This document shows, piece by piece, positions 51,800-64,000 of a DNA stretch of 64,000 nt. The position numbers were made by a program, and so were the translations under genes. Numbering within the stretch: the first letter of the stretch is position 1; every line of letters begins with the position of its first letter. A model generated the notes under the pieces. The model was not told the DNA's origin, made no database searches, and worked only from the letters and a program-made list of their open reading frames with translations. The stretch lies in NCBI GenBank assembly GCA_951406725.2, contig OX597816.1, forward strand, positions 62,868,001 through 62,932,000. The letters are read 5' to 3'. This DNA is from Octopus vulgaris. Taxonomy: Eukaryota.

Positions 51800-52340
51800 G
51801 ATTCTGATTGGTCAACAAGTTGATGACGTCTAGCTCAGCTAGAATGGACAGGATACAAACAGGGGACAGTCATTAGTCAGAATATTGATGACGTCCTTTT
51901 CTGTTTGAATAGTCACCTAACAAGTACAGACAGGGGGCAGATCTAATGTAGCTATAAGTCGTGATTGGGCAGAATCTGCATGACGTCCCGTTCTGCTTGA
52001 CTAACGAAGCGACTGGTCAGGACAGGAAACAAACAAGAGGCAGTTATAATGCAGCGATTGGTCAAAATAATGATGACGTCCCGTTCTACTTGACTAACGA
52101 AGCGACTGGTCAAAACAGGAAAACAAACAAGAGGAAGTTATAATGCAGCGATTGGTCAAAATAATGATGACGTCCCGTTAAAGCCACCTAACGAAACGAT
52201 TGGTCGAAACGTTGATGACGTCACGCTACGCTGAATTGACCACCTAACAGGCATTATAAAACCGAACACTTCACAAAAACTCATTAGAACCACCCAGCGA
52301 ACATCCACCATGGGTCATCACATTTGCTTAAGGTAAAAAT
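51800..52340 (+). promoter_or_regulatory. Putative PLE pLTR Pol II promoter: six CCAAT-CRE pairs, TATA, Inr and a splice donor
   Basis: ATTGG (one ATTAG) followed 17 nt later by TGACGTC, six times; TATAAA at 52255, TCATT at 52281, CCACCATGG with ATG at 52310, AAG/GTAAAA at 52333. Confidence 0.6.
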
Positions 52341-52592
52341 GAATTCCTCGCTCTTTCGGAAACATCAATCTTCTGTATTGATCGCTTTCCACCACTTTGA
52401 TCTGTTTTTTGTATTGAATACGTATCGCCACCGTGGGCCACTGCATCGAACACTTTGAACATATACTTCAAACTATATATCAACTATACATGAACTATAT
52501 ATCAACTATACATGAACTCTAAGATGTCTGACTCCGTTGTGTATAATAAATGAATTTCTTGTGTTTGACGGCATGAGCTGTCTTTTTTTATA

Positions 52593-52640
52593 TATAACTT
52601 TTTTTGATAAAGTTCATTTCAGGAACTGAAACATGTTATA
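52593..52640 (+). ncRNA. Decayed hammerhead at the PLE 3' end
   Basis: TTGATAA-AGTTC-atttcag-GAACT-GAAA-CATG-T: stem II perfect, palindromic stem III, first core box mutated. Confidence 0.45.
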
Positions 52641-52724
52641 ATGTATATATATAAAAATTAAAAATTGTATAATACAGCAGCATTTTCGAACTTCATTTTT
52701 TACAAATATATATATATATATATA

Positions 52725-53045
52725 CTTATTTTGTCGACCCCGAAAGAATGAAATGGCAAACGTATGGACGGACAAAATGCCACTAAGCATTCTTCCCGGC
52801 GTGCTAACGATTCTACCAGCTCACCATCTTATAATGATAACTTTCTACTATAAGCACAAGGCCTGAAAATTAATGGGCGGTAGCTAGTTGATTACATCGA
52901 CTCCCAGTGCTGAACTGGTGCTTATTTTGTCGACCCTGAAAGGGACGAACGGCAAATTCGCCCTCGGCGGAATTTGATCACATATCGTAAAGACGGCCAT
53001 ATACGGCTAAGCATTTTGACCGACGCGGTGCTGATTCTGCCAGCA
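52725..53045 (-). mobile_element. Two SINE family B copies
   Basis: cttattttgtcgaccc.gaaag blocks and the reverse-complement head. Confidence 0.7.
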
Positions 53046-53295
53046 AACGCACTAATACCACCTTATATTAAAAACTATACTATGTTGCTGATCATGTAGT
53101 TGATGTTGATGTTATCGCTGTTGTTGTATTCATGTAACCAGCGGTTCATCTAGAACCTCTAGTTACATCAAACCTCCACTGCCCCTTGTTATTAAAAGTA
53201 TATAGAACAACAGTATATCATATGTGAGATTCCTTATTTACATTATTTACATTATTTACATTTGGTGGATATTTGTCCTCATCTTGTTTGTTGTT

Positions 53296-53343
53296 AACAC
53301 AACACATTTCGGCTGATATACTCTCCAGCCTTAATCAGGTGTC
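53296..53343 (-). ncRNA. Decayed type I hammerhead in a short repeat (53229-53350)
   Basis: Minus strand GACAC-CUGAUUA-A-GGCUGG..UCAGCC-GAAA-UG-UG-UU-GUGUU. Confidence 0.5.
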
Positions 53344-53604
53344 TTGGGTCAATTTGGGAATTGTGATTCCTTGTTTAAGACGTTGGCGTTTTGATTTGAA
53401 GGAAATTTGTCAGGAGTTTCTTGCAGGTCGAACAACCACATAGAGGCTCGTTGCAGATTCTATAAACGATTATGTATTCTGCGTACATAGCCTGTTGAAG
53501 AGTGTATGCAATAAATACATTATCCGATTATGATGTACATCTCACTGAAGCATACATTCTATTTCGAGACGCTTTGATCAAGTATGTGCATAGATATACT
53601 CAAC

Positions 53605-54338
53605 TTGTGTGTCTGTGTGTGTATCTGTGTGTGTGTCTGTGTGTTTAACTTCCCGGCACATCTCCTCCTAGCTAACAAATCGTAGAACCACCAAAAATGG
53701 GTCACTTAAAGTTTAGGCAAATGAAAATTGAACTGTGCTATTTCTGTTCCGAAATTCATCTCGCAAGTGCAAAAATCGATAATGTGTTTGTTTAGGCCTT
53801 ATCCCATGCGTAAATTGCATGAAAAATAAAAAATCAAGATATAAAAACGAATCGCCTTAAACATTGTAGAAATGAATTTTCGGGATGTAGCCTGGAGGGT
53901 TTTTTCGTTATAATCGCTTGGACTTTGTGAACACATACCAATTGTTTTCATAATATTTTTAACGTTTTGAATTAAATGTGACCATTTAGCGTTGAGTCTG
54001 CAGTTTGAATCACTTTAACCAAATTTTAGCAGGCCGGATTTTTGATCATCACGATACATCGCCAGCGACTACCTGAAACTCTCCCCTGAAATCCCCGTTG
54101 AGAAATACTGATCTAAAAGAATAATACAACAATGCAATTATTTGATCAACAAAAGTTTATGAAACGCTTCTACGTACTTCCTATTGAGGAAATGGAACAC
54201 ATAAGCGCAAAAATAGACGGCATTAAATGCTTGATTTTAAAACCAAAATAATTGAATTTTGATTGAACTTCATCCAAGTGTAGCCTAATTCGCGCGTGCA
54301 TAGAACGCACGAGCGCACGAGCCGGGCATGCTGCTAGT
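53605..54338 (+). mobile_element. Non-autonomous Helitron-like element
   Basis: Microsatellite-rich 5' part; GC-rich degenerate hairpin gcacgagc..gccgggca followed by CTAG(T) at 54334. Confidence 0.5.
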
Positions 54339-54358
54339 ATATATATATATATATATAT

Positions 54359-54431
<73 letters not shown>

Positions 54432-54548
54432 CGTAATATTCTAAAATGTTCAGGCTCCAATGGAATCAAGGTATTTAATGAACGAAGGCACCAAGGTAAA
54501 GTCGGGGAAACAGCTAAACAGTTGTAGTGAGCCTCAACCCATCTGTGC

Positions 54549-54602
<54 letters not shown>

Positions 54603-55078
54603 GGAGAGATCTATGTATATGCATATTTGTACGTATGTGTGCGTGTGTGTGTACGTATGTGTGTGTGAATATGCTTGTCCATAAGTGTATGCTTGTGCAA
54701 GTAAGCCTTACCCTTTTGTCATTGTTGGTATTTGCTCTCGGTGTAAGGAGTTGCATTACAAGCGGTATTTACTGCCTCTGTTTCAAGACGTGGAATGGCG
54801 GGTCAGATAATGTAACATTAGGAAAGAGCCAAAATAAATACGTAAATGAAATAAAAAAAAAATACACAAAAAGCAAAAACATTTAAAAAAAAAAAAGATT
54901 CCTGTACATCGCAAAGAAATGCTGATATCAATAACTTGTTCTTATCAAATTTAGCATTCCGGTGAGATTACAGTTGGGAAATATAGATGTATTACAGAGC
55001 ATGAAATTGTTCATAGTTCCTGCTACGAAGCCTGATCCGGTGTTTTGTAACAAGAGGCAAATAAATAATGATTGTAAT

Positions 55079-55113
<35 letters not shown>

Positions 55114-55216
55114 TGACACAATGTTTTTTATTTTTTGGTTTTGAGCCTTGTTTTGTTTTACGTTTTGTGTTTTCTGTTGGGGTTTTGGTTGATTATTTTT
55201 GACCTATGCAAACTCG

Positions 55217-55305
<89 letters not shown>

Positions 55306-56076
55306 TATATCAACAGTTTTCTTCTGTTCTGCTTTGCAGTTTTTTTTAGGCGGTTTATGGTTCTTCCAGCAACAAGAATTTTGTTATTAACCAGCGGCAT
55401 TCGAGAATTGATTTCGGCAATCAGTTCTAGACAAGACAACGGAGAAGTTAGCTTCCATGTGGTTCCTCGACTTCTTAGAAACAACAGCCAAATATTCTCC
55501 CACTCATAGGCTAAAGTAGTAAAAACAGAATAACGAATTGATCATTGTAATTCTACAGTGAATTTCATGAATTTCAATAAGTTTGAATGTCGCGAAGAAC
55601 AGGTGGACCCTGACGATTTAGCACTGACTCTTTCTCTGGTAGAATATCAGGTCAATGTAATCCTAGTTATAAAGCAGTGAGAATGTCCTCCGGCTCTTTA
55701 CATTGTCAGTTCAAATCCTACCGGGTTAAATTTGCTTTTCATCTCTTTAGAGTCGATTAAATAATGTAATCAGTCAAGTACTGTAGTCGATGCGATCGGC
55801 TTCTTCTCTTCCTTAAAATTTCTGATCTTAAAACCTGCGTCCTCTTCAGAGGAATGTTGGAATCTCGATCATTTATATGCCATGGAAATCGAATAACTGG
55901 CCTTATATGATCTAAGACTCGAATATAATGAAAAGAATAAAAATCATAGTTAGAAGAGTAAAAACAAGTTGAGGACTATGTATATATATATATATTAGTA
56001 AAAACGTTAAGATAACAAAAGAAAGAAAGAGACTTCAATATTATGTAAATAGAGGAAATTTATCTATAATATATGT

Positions 56077-56115
<39 letters not shown>

Positions 56116-56120
<5 letters not shown>

Positions 56121-56791
56121 TAATTTCAGCAAAGCAATTAAGATTCGAATGAATTCAAATGAATATGGTACTTAACTTAGATGCACCAGAATTCTTTATG
56201 GTATTAACCATAAAAATATGTTGGGTGATTATAACCAAGAAAAAAGTAACAAGAATGTATCAGTAGTTGGGTACAATTGTTTCATACTGAGAACATTTTT
56301 ATTTAAAGCTGCAAATATTACAGCAAATATAATGTCAAGTATTCATCAGCCAAATCACATATATGTTTTCCAACCATCCTAGAAAGTGTAAATATCCTTA
56401 TGAAGCATTCAGAGTGAGTTCTATGAATTTGAAGTAAGGTAATAAGCAGACTTTATATGTTTTCCAACAATGCACAGTTTTTTTGTTTTTTTTAAATTTT
56501 TAAGAGATTATTAAATTCTCAGAGAAGGTAAATCCAACCATAAAGGTGTTGATATAAATTTATATCAACACCTTTATGGTTGGAATTACCTTCTCTGAGA
56601 ATTTAATAATCTCTTAAAAAATTTTTTTTTTTAAACTGTGCATTGTTGGAAAACATATAAAGTCTGCTTATTACCTTACTTCAAATTCATAGAACTCACT
56701 CTGAATGCTTCATAAAGATATTTACACTTTCTAGGCTGGTTGGAAAACATATATGTGATTTGGCTGATGAATACTTGACATTATATTTGCT
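56116..56791 (-). mobile_element. Hammerhead-bearing insertion next to (TA)n with a spacerless 470-bp palindrome
   Basis: 56322-56558 is inverted at 56559-56791 around aaa|ttt; hammerhead at 56267-56353. Confidence 0.8.
56267..56353 (-). ncRNA. Type I hammerhead ribozyme, near intact
   Basis: Minus strand UUGG-CUGAUGA-AUACU-(loop)-AGUAU-GAAA-CAAUUG-UA-C-CCAA; one extra nucleotide at the cleavage site relative to the 17.9 kb motif. Confidence 0.7.
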
Positions 56792-56799
56792 TCGTCTTC

Positions 56800-57340
56800 C
56801 TCCTTATTCTGTAAACGACGCCTGCGTTGAAACTTGTGCCCATGTGTATCGGCATTAAGGAGCCAGCCTTTTTTTTTGGCCAACATTCCTGGCGGCCATG
56901 GCAAAACGCGGCAAATGCATAGTCAATACAGACCGACGGAGACCCTTCATGAAGCGTGTTTGGAAAAAATACACCGAAAAGTACACTGCAATTTTGGAAT
57001 GAATAGTTTGTGTGAGGTCTTCTGTGTGGGTTCTCCAGAGGAAGAGAGTACGATTGATGGGACCGATAGACACAGGATGCCACACAGGTGATAGAAGACA
57101 TGGAAAGTGTGTATGAAATGAGGATTGTAGCGTGTTGGTGAGTCCTCTTTATTCATCAACCTAATGGCATTCGTTTGGATATGATCCAAAAATTGTGTAT
57201 GCTTTCCAAGAACGGCATACTATATATAGGAATAATAGCTCCAAAGTATGCCTCACCTGCCCCTTGAAGTGTAATTTTCCAACGTTGTTTTCTTTAACTC
57301 ATCAAATATCGACAGATGTTGTGGGTCCTATCCTTTGTCA
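56800..57340 (-). pseudogene. Decayed CR1/L2-type LINE 3' region
   Basis: Minus strand ..YSSYI..QFLDHIQTNAIRLM..SSITC..YRS resembles a LINE RT C-terminus. Confidence 0.45.
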
Positions 57341-57502
57341 TGATTTTGAAAATTAAAGTGTAATATATATCTATCTATCCATCATACTCTAGTATATACC
57401 TGCACGCGCACCGCATATATTTTGTATTAAACAGGGGACAAAAAGCAAACAATCGGCTTTACTTCGAAAGGATACGAATTTGGTGCTAACGATGTTATAG
57501 AA

Positions 57503-57803
57503 TTGAGACCCCCTTCGGTCACGACTGACCGTGGGATTGCCCCTAGAAAGGCACAAGTCTGGGCAAGGTTGTTTAGGGAAGACCAGCAGCCGCCCGTGTA
57601 TGCCGGCCTCCCTTCTCCACGTCACCAGTGTTATCCAAGGGAAAGGAAAAAAACGATACAGCTTGGCACCTGTGGCGTCGCAACTCATTTCTACAGCTGA
57701 GTGTCTTGCTCAAGAACACAACACGCAGCCCGCTCCGGGATTCGAACTCACAACCTCACGATCGTAAGCTCGATGCTCTAACCCTTGAGTCATGCGCCTT
57801 CAC
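57503..57803 (-). mobile_element. tRNA-derived SINE (family C-like head)
   Basis: Minus strand gaaggcgcatgactcaagggttagag...gagttcgaatccc, ttgtgttcttgagcaagacac. Confidence 0.7.
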
Positions 57804-59404
57804 GCTTGTGAATAGAATATGCGCCCGTCATAGAATAGAGTTGGTTAAATACATGAATATTCTATTTGTTCCGTCTTCCATATTTTACTCTGCAACAACA
57901 CCTCCCATTTATAAGCAATAAGCAAAGAAAAATTATTGGTTTGAATTCAAAGCTAGTATTTTTCCCTTTAAGTCTGATACCAGGCACATTTTTCTACCAA
58001 TTCTTTCCGATGCTTTAAATGTTGTGAAATTAGCTGTGTATGCTGTCTCGACAAATCTCACAAAGATATCATTCATTGGTAATGTTTCCTTTATTGGTAC
58101 CAGTTCCCTAATATTTATTTCTTTATCGCCCACTGGGGGCTAAACACAGAGGAGACAAACAAGGACAGACAAAGGGATTAAGTCGATTACATCGACCCAA
58201 GTATGTAACTGGTACTTATTTAATCGACCCCGAAAGGATGAACCAGTTCCCTAATATTTTCATACACACCATGTGAATAAACTACAACCTCTTCTACAAT
58301 TACATCCTTACTTTCATCAATTGTTGCGGAAAATATATTAAACGACTTCGCTTTACTTTGGGTCTGACTATTAAGATGATCTGATAATTCGTTATTTCTT
58401 TCTACGACTGTATTTCATAAGAATTTTATGTTTGTAAAGCCGTGGTAGTTTTCAGACAAATATTTTCTGTCACTACCAAATATACACTTTTTATAAGATT
58501 CTTTCCTGAAATAGTTTCAATGAAACAACTTTTACATAGGTAATCTTATAACTTACCTTACCTATAACATCTCTGACATCATGAACATGTTAAATACTTA
58601 TTACAAGATTTTAAATGACTTCAACTTTTTAAGTTTGTCTTCGCGTAGCTTTCCCCCATATTCACTATATTTCGAAGCATAAATACTTGTATAACACCTT
58701 TAGATATTATAATCTCTCACTACAGTTACATATTTGCACACTAATCAAATATGTTGGCTTTCCATTTACTTCAACGAAAATCTTCTAGATATTTCACTTT
58801 TCCTGTAGAACATGGCGCACTTCATTAACTACTCTTCACTAAGAAAACACGAAGGTGTTAAAATTACAATCAATTTACATGGATATCTGGAACGTCTCAC
58901 CTATTCGAGAGATAATACAAGCACTTTAGTTCTTCTATATAGCATTCCTCTTGCACATTCGTATCTCTCTGTGTTTGTTTAAACATGGTCACGTATTACA
59001 ACTAATCTCTACTGAGAACTACTAAGAAGTGGTAGCAATGTAGCATCACTCAAATTATTAGTTTTCTACTAATAATTTTTCTTCTGCATATTTACTTTTA
59101 GTACTTTTAAATTAGCCAACAGTTACAAAGGACGTGGAGTAATTATAAACACGGAAAACGTCGAGATTTCCTCACAGTCTCATGATTGCTTCGGCTGGCG
59201 TGTTTTGAGGTGATTTGCATTCATATTAACCTTGGCTAATGTTATGCGAATAAAATTTTAAATATAGAAAAATCAATATTTCTCTTAGAATTAAAAACAA
59301 AATACATTGATTTTTTCTAGTTTGTTGTAAGGCCTTTCTAAAGCACAAGATATAACAATAACTTACTAACAATAACTCTGAGCACCTTTTCAAACTCCAC
59401 CTGC

Positions 59405-59727
59405 CTAACACCCGTGGACATGTTTACAAAGTCAGAAAACAGCACAGCTCCCATGACTTTCGGAAACATTTTTTCACGCTAAGAGTTGCTGAAGTATGGA
59501 ACAAACTGCCGGCATCAGATGTTAGTTGTCGGAGAACTGCATCCTTCAAAACTTCCATGCTTCCTGAGATTCGCCAACACTACACCTGATTTTCTTCCCT
59601 CCATATACACGCAAGCGTGTATCTGACTTATACACTGTTCACTTCCCAGACATTTCTACATTAACGCATATGCTTTATACGCACTTTTGACAAGTTGTGG
59701 TGCACCTGAACACTGTATACAATAATT

Positions 59728-59797
<70 letters not shown>
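59405..59797 (+). mobile_element. CR1 LINE 3' end with (ATT)n tail
   Basis: TRGHVYKVRKQHSSHDFRKHFFTLRVAEVWNKLPA..ASFK, then UTR and (att)n. Confidence 0.85.
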
Positions 59798-59798
<1 letters not shown>

Positions 59799-60375
59799 AC
59801 CGAAACAACAACTACATCGAGAAGGGCCTGTAAGAAGATAACGGGCCACAACTATGAAACTACAGATCTAGAGACTCTCAGAAGGACGAAAGAAAAAAGC
59901 ACATGAAATTCTAATTTTTTTTTTCACTTATCTAAGTTGTCTAATTCCATCGGTATTGACATCAACTATTGAACTACGTCTGTTAACCATGAAATAGTCT
60001 CAACTTTATATTAAACTCATTTCAACTCTATTAACGTTTTACATAATTCTATTATATGACATGAAACGGTAAATTTAATAAGAAGCAATTATTGATTTCA
60101 AGAATTTGCTGCACTGGCAGAAACAGCTGGAACACAGACTGCCAATAATGTGTTATTTCATGCTTGAAATGTTGAGAATAAATATTATATAATGTGATAT
60201 GAAAACATTATTCTTATTCTTGTTATTGGTTCTAAACATACTGAAGTTAATTTTACGTTTCAACCACCTCGGGGTACGATAAGATGAGTAATAGACAGAT
60301 CAATGTGGGGAATAATTTCATTTCCCAAAAAGTGAAAACACATTTTCATTATTATCATTATTATTATTATCAGAA

Positions 60376-60745
60376 AGGCAGCGGACCGGCAGAATCGTTA
60401 GCATGTCGCGCAAAATGCTTAGCGGCATTTCGTCCGTTTTTACGTTCCGAGTTCGAATCGCGCAGAGGTCGATTTTACCTTTCATCTTTTGGATGTCAAT
60501 AAAATAAGTACCAGTCAAGGACTGGGGTCAATGTGATTGACTTGCCCTCACTGCCACTAAATTTCAGGCTTTGTGGAAAAGATTATTATCATCATCAGAA
60601 AGGCGACGAACCAGCAGAAGCGTAAGCACGCCGGGTCAAATGCTTAGTAGCATTTTTGCCCGTTTTACGTTCTGAGTTCAAATTTCGTTGAGGTCGACGC
60701 TAACTTTCATCCTTTCGGAGGTCAATAAAATAAGTACCAGTTAAA
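60376..60745 (+). mobile_element. Two tandem SINE family B copies
   Basis: Both begin atcagaaaggc and contain the family B central block. Confidence 0.75.
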
Positions 60746-61419
60746 TAAAATGTGCGCGACGCTAAGGGAAGTAACTCAAATAGTAAGTGGTAATTGATAT
60801 TTATGGTAGTGGTGTTGGCGAAGACATCAGCGTCGATTATTATAGTAATTGTAGTGTGGGAGACGGCGGCGATGACGTTAGTATTGATAATGGTCAGTGA
60901 GGAAAGTTTAAGAGATAGAGTGGGGCAAGGAGTAGAACAGGATTTTAAGAAAAAAATCACCCCATCTCTATTTCTGTCTTTCTGCATTCACCATTATAAA
61001 TAACAACATCAGTGAAGTGGTCACCACCGATGACAACGTTGTCGCTATTACCATAAAACATTTTAACCCGTAATGCATTAAAAAAGATATGCATTAAATG
61101 TAGTGTTATACAGAGTCAAAAATACATATCATGAATATTTCAGCTCAAGCTTACTTCAATTCGGTATATTCCATAGCCGCAATATGTAATCTGTTCATCA
61201 CACATAATGTATATACTTTATTGAAAAGCAAGTCACACTCGTTCCATTTTATATTGTGTGTGATTTTTAACACAGGACGCCGACATGAGATGTTATCTCT
61301 TGGACAAATATCACAGCAACTTAAATTTCGATTCAATTTTACTGTGAGGCTATATTACAAAAAAGAAGAAAAAACAATAGGCGTAGGAGTGGCTGTGTGG
61401 TAAGTGGCTTGCTAACAGT

Positions 61420-63090
61420 TGCTTCTGCGCATGTGCGAGTCAGTGTTGTGTTTGGCACTGAAGCGGTGAAGACGTGCTTTTGAAGCCGTCTTGAATTGAA
61501 AACTTTGGAAGCCCCATGTAAGGTAAGATGCTGTTTTCTGGGTCCAGTGGGAGTTTTGTTGAGAATTGTTTTTTACAGGCAGGAAGTCCTACTGGATTCA
61601 GAATTCTTATTCTGCCGACATGTGGCAATTATATTTTTCTCGCTGAGAAATTTTTTGGGGGGCGTATCCGTCTTCGATAAATTGAGTGAATATTTTTCTC
61701 ACGTAATTGTGAGAATTGTATTGTGCTGTGAAGAACTTTTATGAATTGTGAAAACTACTATATAGGGGAGTATTTTGCCTCCGAAGTTTGAACAATTTTT
61801 ACCAATTTTACACCAATTTTTGTGGAAGTTGTGCGTTCCTGGTTCAATTTAGGCCGGGAATACCAAATGGCCAGAAGGTTTTTGCTGTGTTATTGACTTT
61901 CTTTTTAACTTTATTTGACTTTCCTTTTAACTTTATTTGACTCTCTCCTTTTTTCACTGTGACTCTCTTCGGATTTCCTTTTCTTCTCGTTTTTTAGTTC
62001 TGAATACATTTAAAAGAAACAAAACAAAAAAAAACATGGCAATGAAAAATAACAAACTTTTGGAATGGGAGATCATACCGCCTAAAAAGTGGTTAAAAGA
62101 CCGTGAAGATAGGACGGTGGTGTTGAGAACCTACTCCAAGGCACTCGACACCATCGCCCTATTCGAAAAGACGGCAATTGAAAAGGAGTTGGAAGAGTAT
62201 TTGCCAACAATTAAATTCATTTCCAGGGGTGTCAAATATTCAACGGTGTGGTTGCTATTTGACACCCCTGAAGAGGCTTGCAAATTTGCTAGCAAACCCC
62301 TGGAGGGTAAGGAAATCTTATTCCTGCCCACGTACAAAAAAAAGAAATTGATGAAAGCTTGGATTTGCGGTCTGCCACCCGACATAGAACCCGAGTGGAT
62401 AGAGGAGACTATCCGCCGGGGTCTGGGTGGCAGCGAAACTAAGCTCCTTAATGTAAAAGTTCTTCCTGCGGCTGCTTGGGTTGGGTCAAAAGCAATTTTG
62501 ACCCTGTGAACCCAATCAGCCAACCTGGTTCTTCCAGATTTTTTGAAAATGGCCGGGTGCAGGTACCCGGTGATGCTTGAGGGTCGCCCCCCTAAGTGTC
62601 ATCGGTGCTTGGAGTCCGGCCACATAAAGAAGAACTGTCCCCGGGAACAAAATAGGATCCCGGAACAGTTAAGTAAAACCCCTCTAGAAGAGGGAATGAT
62701 AACTGCCGAGAAAGCAGAGGACTCCTCAAACAGAGGCCGAAAGAGGAAGGTGAGCAACAATGGGTGCTCACCAAAGGAGAATAGGGATGAGGAGAGGAAG
62801 GCGAATCTTCCAGCCACGGAGGAGACGCACCCTCCCTCAGTTGAAAAGGGAAAAAAAGAAAAAGAGGAAGAAAAACGGGACATTACCGGCTGTCAGTGTA
62901 GCACCGGAATGTCCCGGAACTACGTCGGTTGGGGTTGTGCCACCGACAAGAGAAGGAATACCGTTGGCGGGAACTGTGCCGCCAACGAAAGAACTGAACG
63001 TATTGGTCCTCTTCTATAGAGGAGGAGAAATTGAAAAAGTGATGGAAGAGCACTACAAGGGAGCACCTTTAGCCTTCACACCTTGAATTG
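61420..63090 (+). mobile_element. Zinc-knuckle ORF1-like retroelement with a long 5' UTR (L1/Tx1-like), frameshifted
   Basis: ORFs 61937-62509 (KAWICGLPPDIEPEWI, RRM-like) and 62543-63019 (VMLEGRPPKCHRCLESGHIKKNCP); 5' start gcgcatgtgcgagtcagt. Confidence 0.75.
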
Positions 63091-64000
63091 AGAACGCAGA
63101 GAATCGACACAAGTATTACAATGCACACTCACACATATCCCCCACACGCACACATGTAATATACAGACATACATATATCCATACATACTTACACACACAC
63201 ATATATACACATGCAACTGAAACTGAAAGTTTATATCACTACTTGAGTTTCACGTCATTGCGATCTTTAGGTCAGAACTGTTGCAATTCATTTCTCAAGT
63301 TGGGGGTGTATGTTTTCTTTTTTGTATCCCTTCGTTAGTTTGCTTTAGGATTTTGCTGATTGACACATAATTTTTTGCTTCATTACTTTTTAATTTTTGT
63401 GGTTTTGTGCTAGTAGCGTGTGTTTTTTTTCATTTTATAAAAAATTTATTTGGTAATTAACTTAAATCTATTCATGTCTTCCTTGACAAATTTGTTTTTG
63501 TGTATTATTTTTATGAACTTTCTTTCCGTGTAAAGTGTTCGTATATATTGATGTCAAACTAGGGCAGTTCTGTAGAGGGGAGTTTAATTTTGGTCAAGAT
63601 TAGGGAATTTTAGCGACTTCTTTATTTGCGAGTAGATTTATCTGTATAACTGATTCAAGATATATATTTAATTATATAGGAGTTTCTGATAATTTATGTC
63701 ATCTTTACGGTTGAGTGACCTTTACTAATGTGTATAAAATTTTGTTTTTGGTCCGGAATTAATAGTTCTGTGGCGTGTGGAAATTGTTGTTTTAACTAAT
63801 TAAAAAATGTCCGTTTCATTGTGTTATATGATTTAATTATAAATCTTTTCGTATGTTTGTTTTGAGTGTGAGAGAGGGGGTGTTGTGGTCGGGATATTTT
63901 TTTATCGTGTGTTTTTAATATCTATTTTCCAATATTTGTTTATGGCTGGGTAGTTTTTTATCTTGTGTTTCGAAATTCGTCTAAGTCTGTATGGTGAGAT

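Larger units (their letters stand above)
48261..52706 (+). mobile_element. Penelope-like retroelement (endonuclease-containing, Neptune/Naiad-like), 5'-truncated
   Basis: ORF1, RT and GIY-YIG on an A/C-rich coding strand, a promoter-like 3' region, ending at (TA)n near 52706. Confidence 0.92.

Noticed and set aside
51960-52180. Tandem ~94-bp repeats as a CRISPR-like array
   Set aside because: Eukaryotic context, no unique spacers; a simple duplication within the PLE promoter region.
63300-64000. T/G-rich stretch that may be a decayed second PLE on the minus strand
   Set aside because: Only compositional bias and faint peptide similarity; no unambiguous motif within the window.

Overview
AT-rich, microsatellite-dense animal genomic DNA made up almost entirely of transposable elements. 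The SINE families look like those I recognise from Octopus (moderate confidence, not database-checked). No host protein-coding exon could be supported, and most ORFs in the track are translations of microsatellites. The main element is a 5'-truncated, (TA)n-flanked Penelope-like retroelement (PLE, about 48.26-52.71 kb) with an RT, a Cys-rich linker and a GIY-YIG endonuclease. Its coiled-coil ORF1 overlaps the RT ORF in the -1 frame across an in-frame U_UUU_UUA slippery heptamer, and its 3' end holds a CCAAT/CRE/TATA promoter cassette and a decayed hammerhead. Around it are several unrelated short non-coding insertions carrying type I hammerhead ribozymes: intact cores at 45.23-45.30 kb (+) and 17.91-17.99 kb (-), a near-intact one at 56.27-56.35 kb (-), and decayed or partial ones at 17.26, 21.31, 22.11, 47.95 and 53.30 kb. 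Most sit in or beside (TA)n tracts, and two form PLE-style inverted or tandem structures. Together these suggest a microsatellite-targeting PLE plus retrozyme-like hitchhikers. Also present: three groups of tRNA-derived SINEs, a palindromic MITE carrying TTAGGG repeats, Helitron-like non-autonomous elements, mariner and hAT remnants, CR1 and RTE fragments, and zinc-knuckle LINE ORF1-like elements with no visible ORF2. Repeat boundaries are read by eye and are approximate.
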